Below are positions 49,081 through 57,639 of a stretch of 64,000 bases of DNA, piece by piece. Under the pieces are notes generated by a model. It was not told where the DNA came from. It made no database searches and worked only from the letters and a program-made list of their open reading frames with translations. The DNA lies in the sequence record OM718002.1. The stretch is one strand, 5' to 3'. The position numbers and the translations under genes are program-made. Numbering within the stretch: position 1 is the first letter of the stretch; each line of letters opens with the position of its first letter.

Positions 49081-49995
49081 TTATCCAATGATTTCACGAA
49101 GAATATCTTCAGTGGCTTTCATTGTGTTTGCAGTCTCAACAATCTTGGTAAAGAGTGTTGAATAACGTTCAACATGGTCTGCTGCCCATGTAACCCCTTC
49201 AATTAATGTCTGTAATAGCTCTGGAGAGGTGTCAGAGTTACTATCCTTAACATCCTCCATAAAGCTATCAATTAATTGACTAAGCGCTTCTGAAGCACGT
49301 TTTACATCATTTGGACGAACCCGTGATAAAATGCTACGAATATCGTTCATTTTCTTTGTTGCGTCAACAAATGAATTTAATGATGGGTAAAGCTTACCAA
49401 ACTCAGCTGTACTTGACCGGTTGTCACTGTCATAGAAAGAAGCATCTTTAGCAAGATCATTGATCGATGCCATTGCAAATGAATTAGCAAAGCCACGCTT
49501 ATCCATTCGATCAGCACGCTGTTGTAGATAATATCCAAGTTGTGCTTTAACCGGGTCTAATACCGCTGGAATAATAGTGGCCATTTCCTTAGCTTCTGTT
49601 AATAAATAATCAACATAGTCTGGAATCTCACCATTAAAACCAACTGGTTGTGGCACGATTGTATTTGCTACTTCTAAATAATCAATGTGTGAAACTAAAT
49701 GGCGCATCTGCGCTGGATGGAACTCAGGAATAATTTGATTACTCCAGTTAGTCATCGACGTAAATGCATTACGAGCAGCGATAGCAAAATTAGCACCGCG
49801 TTTATTGATAATGTTAATAGCGTTTGTTGCGAAATTAGCTTCTTGAGAAATAGTCTCAGTAATATCTACAAGCTGTTGTTTTGGATCAACTTGTACTAAA
49901 CTAATATCATCATTAACAATATTATCAGATTCAATTAGATCCTGACAATCATTTTCTAGTGAAATACTTTTAGCGTATTTATGGATGTTAAACAT
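49081..49995 (-). CDS. virion head protein (phiKZ gp153-like)
   Basis: 304 aa; AAGGA RBS; N-terminal SISLEN protease-type motif. Confidence 0.75.
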   Translation of the reverse strand: MFNIHKYAKSISLENDCQDLIESDNIVNDDISLVQVDPKQQLVDITETISQEANFATNAINIINKRGANFAIAARNAFTSMTNWSNQIIPEFHPAQMRHLVSHIDYLEVANTIVPQPVGFNGEIPDYVDYLLTEAKEMATIIPAVLDPVKAQLGYYLQQRADRMDKRGFANSFAMASINDLAKDASFYDSDNRSSTAEFGKLYPSLNSFVDATKKMNDIRSILSRVRPNDVKRASEALSQLIDSFMEDVKDSNSDTSPELLQTLIEGVTWAADHVERYSTLFTKIVETANTMKATEDILREIIG

Positions 49996-50092
49996 GTCTT
50001 AATTTCCTTGCGCAAGGATTGTTGAATATGTAGACATAAAATTACTCTCCAAATCAATTAATTGACTGTTTAACTTAAAAAATGGAGTCAAC

Positions 50093-51532
50093 ATGTTTGG
50101 TAAACATTTCGAACGTCCAGCTTTCCGACCGGCTCTTAACATCGGATGCCTTATGGACATTTCAACTGGTAAGTATGAACAAGGTAAGCATGGTGAAATG
50201 ATTCTAAATGGTGGTATGGGATCACTAACTGGTATTGCTTCACGACCTAACAATTTTAAAACTGCATTAGGTATCTACCTCATGGCAATGATGCGCCGTG
50301 CTTTCCCCGGTGCACATGCAATGACTTACGATACAGAAGGTACATTAAACCCAGGTGCTCGATTTACATCTTTAGCACAAGCTTATCCTGAGCTAGCTGC
50401 TATCGATTGGGAAAATGATGAGCAATACATGTTTACTGACTTATCTCGTTATACTGGGGATGAGTGGTTCAAAATCTTCCGAGATGCATTATCTGAAAAA
50501 GAGAAAGCTGAAAAAGATTATCTACGCACTACCCCATTTCTTGATGTGAATGGTAACAATAAGAAAGCACTGTACCCAACTGGTGGATTCATTGATAGTT
50601 TCTCAAAGTTCATTGTCTCAGCTGTGTCTGAAATGTATGCTAAAAATGCTATCGGTGATTCTAAAGTAAACACTGATGCGATGACTAATGGTAAAGCCAA
50701 GAATCAGTTATTTAACCAACTGCCGCAGATCTGTGCTAAAACCAGTACATACATGATTCTCACTGCACACGTTGGAGATATTATTCAAATTGAGATGTAC
50801 CCTACTGATAAACGTAATCTATCGCATATGAAGAAGGATACGGTTCTTAAAGGGGTATCAGGTGGTTTCTACTCTCTGCCGAATAATGTGTTTTCTATTG
50901 AATCTAATAAACCGTTAGTCAATAAAGAAAAAATGCCTTTATATCCAATTGACAATTCAACTGCTATTGAAGGCGATACAGATCTACGTATTCTAGAAGT
51001 TATTAACTTACGTGGTAAAGGTGGAATTACTGGTCTACCATTCCATCTCATTGTTTCACAGACTGAAGGTATTCTTCCATCACTATCGGAATTCCATTAT
51101 TGCCGTGAAAATGATTGGGGGATTGGTGGTAATAACATTAACTACTTCGTTGAGCTATGTCCTGATATCAAACTAAGCCGAACCACTGTTCGTAAGAAAT
51201 TGATGGATAACCCTGCTCTACAACGAGCTGTTGAAATCCAATCTGAAATGCTACAATTAATTCAATTCCAACGTTGGAATCTTGGAGATTATGTAGTAAC
51301 TCCAGCCGAACTATATGCTGATCTTAAAGTAATGGGTTATGATTGGAATATTATTCTTAATAATACCCGTGGCTATTGGATGTTCGAAGAAGACGAACAA
51401 TTTAGTGATAAAAAATTCCTATCCACGTATGACCTACTACGCATGCGTAAAAGTGAATATAAACCATACTGGATGACTGACGAAGAAAAAGCTAAAATTG
51501 TACCTCTTGAACTAGCTAAAGCAAAAGCTTAA
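50093..51532 (+). CDS. uvsX: UvsX/RecA-like recombinase
   Basis: Divergent P-loop GIASRPNNFKT, YDTEGT, FIDSFS, ILTAHVG, RecA-type KGVSGGFY; gp152 synteny. Confidence 0.88.
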   Translation: MFGKHFERPAFRPALNIGCLMDISTGKYEQGKHGEMILNGGMGSLTGIASRPNNFKTALGIYLMAMMRRAFPGAHAMTYDTEGTLNPGARFTSLAQAYPELAAIDWENDEQYMFTDLSRYTGDEWFKIFRDALSEKEKAEKDYLRTTPFLDVNGNNKKALYPTGGFIDSFSKFIVSAVSEMYAKNAIGDSKVNTDAMTNGKAKNQLFNQLPQICAKTSTYMILTAHVGDIIQIEMYPTDKRNLSHMKKDTVLKGVSGGFYSLPNNVFSIESNKPLVNKEKMPLYPIDNSTAIEGDTDLRILEVINLRGKGGITGLPFHLIVSQTEGILPSLSEFHYCRENDWGIGGNNINYFVELCPDIKLSRTTVRKKLMDNPALQRAVEIQSEMLQLIQFQRWNLGDYVVTPAELYADLKVMGYDWNIILNNTRGYWMFEEDEQFSDKKFLSTYDLLRMRKSEYKPYWMTDEEKAKIVPLELAKAKA

Positions 51533-51563
51533 TGTTAGTATAGATGTTATCGCCAGTTTCAAA

Positions 51564-51594
51564 ATAACTAGGGGTCAATAAGATCCCTAGTTAT
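51564..51594 (+). terminator. hairpin after uvsX
   Basis: ATAACTAGGGGTC-aataa-GATCCCTAGTTAT (one G:U pair on + strand). Confidence 0.7.
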
Positions 51595-51608
51595 GTCAGG
51601 TTTGGTAT

Positions 51609-51959
51609 ATGAATGTTTACACTTATCAGATAGCTAAATATAAGTTAGTTATAGAGAAAGGAATAAAACCTCTAGACATAACTGTTAAATCAGGTGCGTA
51701 TCAACTCGCACCTACTTGGTTAATGGTTATGGGACATAAGAAAGGAATTATATCAGATGATGAATACACTGAAGCATATCTCAGTATGTTAGAGCAATCA
51801 TTGATTGATAATCCAGAATTCTTTAAATGGTTCTTCCAATTAGAGGAAGTAGCATTAGGTTGTTATTGTCGCGCTGGTAATTTCTGTCACCGGCATTTAT
51901 TAGTAGAATGGCTTGAAACAAAAACAGAGGTCATTTACTGTGGTGAGATATCAAAGTAA
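51609..51959 (+). CDS. DUF488-like protein
   Basis: LAPTW...K.G.I...EY...YL..L and LGCYC....FCHRHLL motifs. Confidence 0.75.
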   Translation: MNVYTYQIAKYKLVIEKGIKPLDITVKSGAYQLAPTWLMVMGHKKGIISDDEYTEAYLSMLEQSLIDNPEFFKWFFQLEEVALGCYCRAGNFCHRHLLVEWLETKTEVIYCGEISK

Positions 51960-51982
51960 AATAAAGACCCTAAGGAACTATA

Positions 51983-52303
51983 ATGAAAACTACAGAAGAT
52001 TATCGTTTAACACTTTGTCAACGTCTACGAATGTTTGATGTTGAACTATCAGAAGATCTATTACGTCGATTACCAGTGTGTACAGATGTACCCACTTTAT
52101 CAGCTTGCTTTCAACAACTATTAGCTCAATACCCTAGTCAGACGTTGACAGCTAGAACTACCATTGATGATTCAGTCACCTTTGAAGTATGGTATGCTAA
52201 TTTTCTAGCCAACATATTACCAATTCTTAAGAGGCATAGGTTGCCTCCATGTACTGACCAGAATTCAATACCTGTCTATCAAGGGGTATCTCGCTCAAGC
52301 TAA
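51983..52303 (+). CDS. hypothetical protein (106 aa)
   Basis: AAGGA RBS. Confidence 0.8.
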   Translation: MKTTEDYRLTLCQRLRMFDVELSEDLLRRLPVCTDVPTLSACFQQLLAQYPSQTLTARTTIDDSVTFEVWYANFLANILPILKRHRLPPCTDQNSIPVYQGVSRSS

Positions 52304-52335
52304 TGGTATGTTAAACAACCTTAAAGGAAATTACC

Positions 52336-53010
52336 ATGACTAAACGAGAATTGGTAGAAAAAGAATGCCTATGGATTATTGACATGTTTCTACCTGGTAG
52401 TAGTAATGTTGATATCTATAAAGAAATGTTTGCACGAATGAATGATGAGGAATTTGAGGAGTGGATTAATAAGTTAGATTCTGGTGAAGAGATGTTGGCA
52501 TTATATGCTCCTAACTTATGCACTAAGCCTAAATTAACTATTAAGCAAAATTATAAAGTTGCTAAAGCGATTGGTCATAATTTATTCCAACACATCATTT
52601 TAACTGATCCAGGTACTGGCCAGGTATATCGAACTGCTAATAAACATTTAGTTGGTTTAATACCAATCCGTCGTCAAGTACAAATGCTTGAGAAAAAGAA
52701 AAGTATTCCAGGTTCTAGTCACGTGATTGACCAGAGGTCAGGGCAGGTAACTGGTGATTCTAAAGGATCCCGTATGTCTGCACCAGAGATTCAAGTTAAC
52801 GCTTCAAAAGGTCTCCGTTATTCCATGATCGAATTCATGAAACTGCGTGGTGGCGACCAGAAGGCGTATAATGCAATGAACCGCTCTATTATCGAAACTG
52901 GTAGTGCTTCTGTTGATTCCATCATGTCCACTTATGATACTACTGTGCAATCTAATAAAACATTTGCATGTTATCTAAAAGGCATGATGCTACAAAATAA
53001 CTTGGTGTAA
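52336..53010 (+). CDS. gp149: virion RNA polymerase beta-like subunit (C-terminal part)
   Basis: SGQVTGDSKGSRMSAPE...IEFMKLRGGD matches the RpoB C-terminal TQQPLGG-GQRFGEME-DD region. Confidence 0.88.
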   Translation: MTKRELVEKECLWIIDMFLPGSSNVDIYKEMFARMNDEEFEEWINKLDSGEEMLALYAPNLCTKPKLTIKQNYKVAKAIGHNLFQHIILTDPGTGQVYRTANKHLVGLIPIRRQVQMLEKKKSIPGSSHVIDQRSGQVTGDSKGSRMSAPEIQVNASKGLRYSMIEFMKLRGGDQKAYNAMNRSIIETGSASVDSIMSTYDTTVQSNKTFACYLKGMMLQNNLV

Positions 53011-53012
53011 TT

Positions 53013-53519
53013 ATGAATAATCGCCAGATTTATGAAGATATGTGCGAAGCTTTAATTGTATCTAATACTGAGTTAGTAAATGGATACAGTGCTGAAATCA
53101 TTGCGGATATTTTGGATTTACTAAATAACTGGAGTACCAATACTCATTGGTATCACATTGCTGATAAAACAGTTATTAGGGATATCTGGAATTTATTCCG
53201 TAATAAAGGTAATCGTCTTCAACCTATCTTAAGTTTAGTTAGTCGATTTAAGATGGCTGTTAATGATTGGGATGGTGTGGTGAAATTACTAGCTGATTCT
53301 ATTTATCCTTATCAGCCTAATTCAACTATTGTTGACCAAGAAATGTTAGCGCGATTAATTCCACGAAAAGAATTAACTGACATTTTATACCAAAATGATT
53401 GGTTAGTTTGGATTATTTGCCAATGTTTAAATATCCGTTATATTACTAATATGGTTGAATCTATCCCAGTTCAAGCTAAGCCATCTAAAAAGAAGGCGGT
53501 AAATAATAATGTTTCGTAA
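53013..53519 (+). CDS. hypothetical protein (168 aa)
   Basis: Coupled to gp149 (2-bp gap). Confidence 0.8.
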   Translation: MNNRQIYEDMCEALIVSNTELVNGYSAEIIADILDLLNNWSTNTHWYHIADKTVIRDIWNLFRNKGNRLQPILSLVSRFKMAVNDWDGVVKLLADSIYPYQPNSTIVDQEMLARLIPRKELTDILYQNDWLVWIICQCLNIRYITNMVESIPVQAKPSKKKAVNNNVS

Positions 53520-54225
53520 AATCTTAATTGATCTTGACTCACTATTAGATACACGGTTAGGAACCATTAGGTTACTAAATAAAGATGCAGCTAATAAGCT
53601 TGTTACCAATGGTCAAATTTACTGGCATAGGGAAATGGATGATTGGACTAAACTAACAGATGGTTTAGTAACTAATGAACAATTTGTCGAAGCTTATTCT
53701 AAACGTGGTGGTGAAAATACTGCTGACACTATCAATAGTTCTATATTCACTGGTATCATTCCATTTATTATTCAATTAATAGCCCAATCAGATTTGAATA
53801 GATTAGATGGTATAGTTAATGCTAATTTTGAAACATGTCTTGAAGTCAATATCTGGCCATATGAATTAACACCAGATGCTCAAGATGAATTACTATACTG
53901 CTTACATAAGTACATTGGTGATCATATTCAGATCACCCTGATTAATACTCCATTAACAGACCTTACTTGTTCTAGATTAAACTCTATCTATTCAATGGCG
54001 ATTATGTATAATTTTGGAGAATGGTGTAAAACCCATGTTCTTGAATTAGGACAAGTGTTGATGCCTGACTTTACTATTATTGGTCCAAAACTATTTGAGA
54101 AAGATGTAAGTGAATTAGCTGTTGAAGATAAACAGTTTATTATCATGGATTTCCAGTTAAAGCATAAACTTAATATCGACTTTGATTTCATCGATGCTGA
54201 ATACTTTTCCATGTTTAAGCCATGA
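53509..54225 (+). CDS. HAD-like fold protein (238 aa)
   Basis: N-terminal ILIDLDSLLDT resembles HAD motif I (hhhDxD). Confidence 0.65.
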   Translation: MFRKILIDLDSLLDTRLGTIRLLNKDAANKLVTNGQIYWHREMDDWTKLTDGLVTNEQFVEAYSKRGGENTADTINSSIFTGIIPFIIQLIAQSDLNRLDGIVNANFETCLEVNIWPYELTPDAQDELLYCLHKYIGDHIQITLINTPLTDLTCSRLNSIYSMAIMYNFGEWCKTHVLELGQVLMPDFTIIGPKLFEKDVSELAVEDKQFIIMDFQLKHKLNIDFDFIDAEYFSMFKP

Positions 54226-54231
54226 TACCCA

Positions 54232-54267
54232 ATAGAAAGCCCTATTAGGGCTTTCTATGCTTTTTTT
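54232..54267 (+). terminator. intrinsic terminator
   Basis: ATAGAAAGCCCT-att-AGGGCTTTCTAT followed by GC-T7. Confidence 0.88.
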
Positions 54268-54326
54268 AGATATAACTGGTATGACGGCATGGTTAACAAT
54301 GAATCAACCTTAAAAGACAAAATAAA

Positions 54327-54346
54327 GCCCTCCCCGAAGGGAGGGC
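54327..54346 (-). terminator. intrinsic terminator, UUCG loop (family B)
   Basis: Minus strand GCCCTCCC-TTCG-GGGAGGGC-TTTATTTT. Confidence 0.88.
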
Positions 54347-54357
54347 AATATGTCGTT

Positions 54358-57300
54358 TTAAATAACAGCACCTTTGGAAACTATCCAGTTAGTACCATCC
54401 CATAAGAGGGTAAGAACTGTTTTAGTATCACCTAGGTCATCTACTATTACTGGAGTACCATTGTTCCATTGTAACACTGCACTAGAAAGTGTTGGCATAG
54501 CTACCTTACCAAGCAATACAAGAACAGCTGTGATCATACGATCAACAGGTCCATTCTCTAGTGTAATGGTTTGGTTAGCAGCAGTTTGAACCCTATAGCA
54601 CTGTTGGTTAGCTGGTGTTAGAGTTAAAGCTGTACCAGTGAATGTACTTGATTTTAGGCTATATGCATCGAATGATTTATCTAGCTTCTTCCAAGTAATA
54701 TTAGTACCAGTACGGCTACGTAGCCAATCACCATCAGCGGTTACATCATTATTCGGCCCTTGGAATAGAGTCCATGATTTAGCCGCAGCATTACGTAGGA
54801 ATAGTTGTCCACTAGTAGCATCAGCTTGATCAACTATAATAGTTACAGGTGTCCATTTAGAACCACTAGCTGTTTTCTCACGTACATAGTTAGTGCCATT
54901 AGCACCTTCACTAGGTACTTCACCAATAACTGCGGCTGGTACAGCTACCCATTCACCATTTTGCATACCCATTAGAGTATCATCGGTTTGCAGAGGTGCT
55001 ACATCAACCCAGTTACCAGCTACACGACCTTGAGGCTTAGTAGCTTGTGCAGTATCGCGTACTACATCTGAAGGAATTTCTGGGAATGTAATGGTAGCCC
55101 ATTCAGTTTCACCCCCTGCAATACCTTTACGAACGTATTGTGCATTAACAACTGGACTAGGTACAGCATCAATGGCAGGTGTTGGTAATTCAATAGCAGT
55201 CCATTCAACAGCCCCGTCAGCGGTTGCTTTACGGCGACCATAGAAGACACCTACTTCAGCATCTACCACCTCATCAACAGGTAGTTCAGTCCAACCGAGT
55301 TTGTACCGAACCATTTTCTTATCGACATCTTCTGGATCGACTTCACTAACTGGAACTGACATTAATTTGTAGAATACAACCCAGTTAGCATCTTTATACC
55401 AAACGGTACCAGTTTTGTCGATACACCAGTCACCACGATTACCATCGATAGAAGTGGGTGCAGTTTGACCTTCAGGTAGAATTACCCAAGAGGACCCACG
55501 TTCACCTTTCTGACCGGTTTTACCAGGGATACCTGGAACACCTTGTTTGCCCTCAGGACCTTCAGGACCCTGCGGACCCATGGCTAAGACACCTAGGCTT
55601 TCCCAAGTAAATGTACCTTCAGTATCGATACTTACAAATACTTCTACTTGTCCTTCAGTATTGGTGCGAATGGCAATACCTTTACCTACGTTATCAGCAG
55701 ATGCTACTGGTTTACCAGCATCATCACCAACATAGATAATTAATAGACCACCACCTTGTTTACCTTCAGGACCTTGTGGGCCTTCGACACCCTGGATACC
55801 CTGCTCACCATTTAGATTAATTGGGCCGATATAGCCATCAATTTCCTGACCTTGGTAAGTATAGAGCATTGTACCTTCGTTAGTTTCAACCCAGTATGAA
55901 TCACCAGTTACTAAGTCAGGATCAGTGTCTTTCTTTGGTAGTTGTGAAGCATCGGTTAAAACACCTTTAATGTTTAAACCTTCACCCGGTTTACCTTGCG
56001 GACCTGCCATAATACCAATGCTAGTCCAGCGACTACCGTCCATGTTAACAAATACTTCGCCCGTGGACTTAACAGTATATGCTTTCCATTGGTTATCGGC
56101 AAGTGCTTCTGGTGGGGTATCTTCAGGAGTGTCAATCGCTGCGATGATCTGGATAGGTTCACCAGCGGGACCTTGTGGGCCTTCTGGTCCCTCGGGTCCT
56201 TCTGGTCCCTGATCACCGTCTTTACCAGGTGCGCCATCTTCACCTTTAGGACCTCGATGTGTACCACTATTTACCCAATTACCATCTATCTTAACAAATA
56301 AGGTAGATGTGTCTTGTGTGAAGTACGCTGCCTGATCAGGAGCATCTGCCGGCAGGGCTGCCTCATTGGCAACAGCACCAGTAATAACTACGTTCTTACC
56401 ATGTAGACTGATTAACCATTCACCCTCAGTACCAGTGAAGCCATTGTCCAATGCTACTTGGAAAGCCGATTTACCTTGTGCCCCTGGTTCACCAGGTAGA
56501 CCTTGTTCGCCATCTTCACCTTGCGGACCTTCAGGGCCCTGCGGGCCACGGAATGAACCCATGGCTGTCCATGAGATATCAACAGTCGGATCTTGGCCAG
56601 TCAGTACATAAACCGTATTGGTGGAACGTACTGAAACACCTTGGTATTGTTCTACACCAGTGGTGGTTAATAGATCATCAGCAGTTTCAACTGCTTTAAC
56701 TACTTCTAAGTTACGACCTTGTGGACCAGGTTCACCTTGTTTACCATCGGGACCCGGATCACCTGTATTACCTGGTTTACCTTGTGGGCCCTCAGGGCCT
56801 TGGAAAGTACCTAGGTCTGACCATGCCCCTTTTACAAAGATGAATAGATGTTCTGGTTTACCAGCTTCCATAGTAACTAAGTATGCTTCTGATTCTTTAG
56901 CTACAGATGGATCAGGTAAATCAGCTGGTGATGGTAGCGAATCCTTAATGGTAAACGGCATTGCTGGTTCACCCTGAGGACCTTCAGGACCAATTTCACC
57001 ATCTTTACCTTGCGGACCCTCAGGGCCCTCAGGTCCACGTTCACCCTGTGGTGTAACTGGGAACCAATCATAGTCATCAATAGTTGGATTCTCTGGCGGA
57101 TTATTACCTGAGATAAGCATCCACGCCCAGAGTTGATTATTCCATGAGTAAGCATCTCCAGGTTTATTACTTTCAGTCTTAGGTAATTCTAAGTTATTAG
57201 GCCAACGACCACGGATAACCAGACCAGTACCATCTGGACCACGAAGTGAACCTGTTTCAACCCAACGACCTTTTACAGGGGGATCTTCATTACCTAGCGG

Positions 57301-57639
57301 TGATTCCCATACCCATAGCCGATCTTCAACGAACCAAGCATCACCGACATTATGCGTATCTAATGGTTTAATATCTTGTTCGAATGTTGCTAGATCAACA
57401 TTAGCGATAATGTTAATAGCCGGACCAACTGGGCCAGGGGGACCTTGATCGCCATCTTTACCCGGCTGACCATCTTCACCCTTTAATCCAGGTATAGTAA
57501 CAGGATCAACGAAAGTGGTATTAAGACCCACCCCGGTAGAAACCGGGATGTGTCCATTAACTACAGAAGTGGGTTCATCAATTGATGATACCCGTTTGGG
57601 GAGTTCCCCGTTTACATAATCTTCAAATGCAGAAGCCAT
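54358..57639 (-). CDS. gp146: collagen-like tail fibre protein
   Basis: 1093 aa; multiple Gly-X-Y runs, foldon-like repeats, C-terminal fibre-tip domain (QWNNGTP...LLWDGTNW). Confidence 0.9.
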   Translation of the reverse strand: MASAFEDYVNGELPKRVSSIDEPTSVVNGHIPVSTGVGLNTTFVDPVTIPGLKGEDGQPGKDGDQGPPGPVGPAINIIANVDLATFEQDIKPLDTHNVGDAWFVEDRLWVWESPLGNEDPPVKGRWVETGSLRGPDGTGLVIRGRWPNNLELPKTESNKPGDAYSWNNQLWAWMLISGNNPPENPTIDDYDWFPVTPQGERGPEGPEGPQGKDGEIGPEGPQGEPAMPFTIKDSLPSPADLPDPSVAKESEAYLVTMEAGKPEHLFIFVKGAWSDLGTFQGPEGPQGKPGNTGDPGPDGKQGEPGPQGRNLEVVKAVETADDLLTTTGVEQYQGVSVRSTNTVYVLTGQDPTVDISWTAMGSFRGPQGPEGPQGEDGEQGLPGEPGAQGKSAFQVALDNGFTGTEGEWLISLHGKNVVITGAVANEAALPADAPDQAAYFTQDTSTLFVKIDGNWVNSGTHRGPKGEDGAPGKDGDQGPEGPEGPEGPQGPAGEPIQIIAAIDTPEDTPPEALADNQWKAYTVKSTGEVFVNMDGSRWTSIGIMAGPQGKPGEGLNIKGVLTDASQLPKKDTDPDLVTGDSYWVETNEGTMLYTYQGQEIDGYIGPINLNGEQGIQGVEGPQGPEGKQGGGLLIIYVGDDAGKPVASADNVGKGIAIRTNTEGQVEVFVSIDTEGTFTWESLGVLAMGPQGPEGPEGKQGVPGIPGKTGQKGERGSSWVILPEGQTAPTSIDGNRGDWCIDKTGTVWYKDANWVVFYKLMSVPVSEVDPEDVDKKMVRYKLGWTELPVDEVVDAEVGVFYGRRKATADGAVEWTAIELPTPAIDAVPSPVVNAQYVRKGIAGGETEWATITFPEIPSDVVRDTAQATKPQGRVAGNWVDVAPLQTDDTLMGMQNGEWVAVPAAVIGEVPSEGANGTNYVREKTASGSKWTPVTIIVDQADATSGQLFLRNAAAKSWTLFQGPNNDVTADGDWLRSRTGTNITWKKLDKSFDAYSLKSSTFTGTALTLTPANQQCYRVQTAANQTITLENGPVDRMITAVLVLLGKVAMPTLSSAVLQWNNGTPVIVDDLGDTKTVLTLLWDGTNWIVSKGAVI
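55497..57490 (-). repeat. Gly-X-Y collagen-like repeat segments interspersed with globular modules
   Basis: About 8 runs, e.g. GPEGPEGPQGKDGEIGPEGPQG and GPKGEDGAPGKDGDQGPEGPEGPEGPQG. Confidence 0.9.

Noticed and set aside
55547-57155. Cluster of Pro/Ser/Gly-rich ORFs opposite or overlapping gp146
   Set aside because: Artefact of the stop-poor GC-rich Gly-X-Y codon repeats
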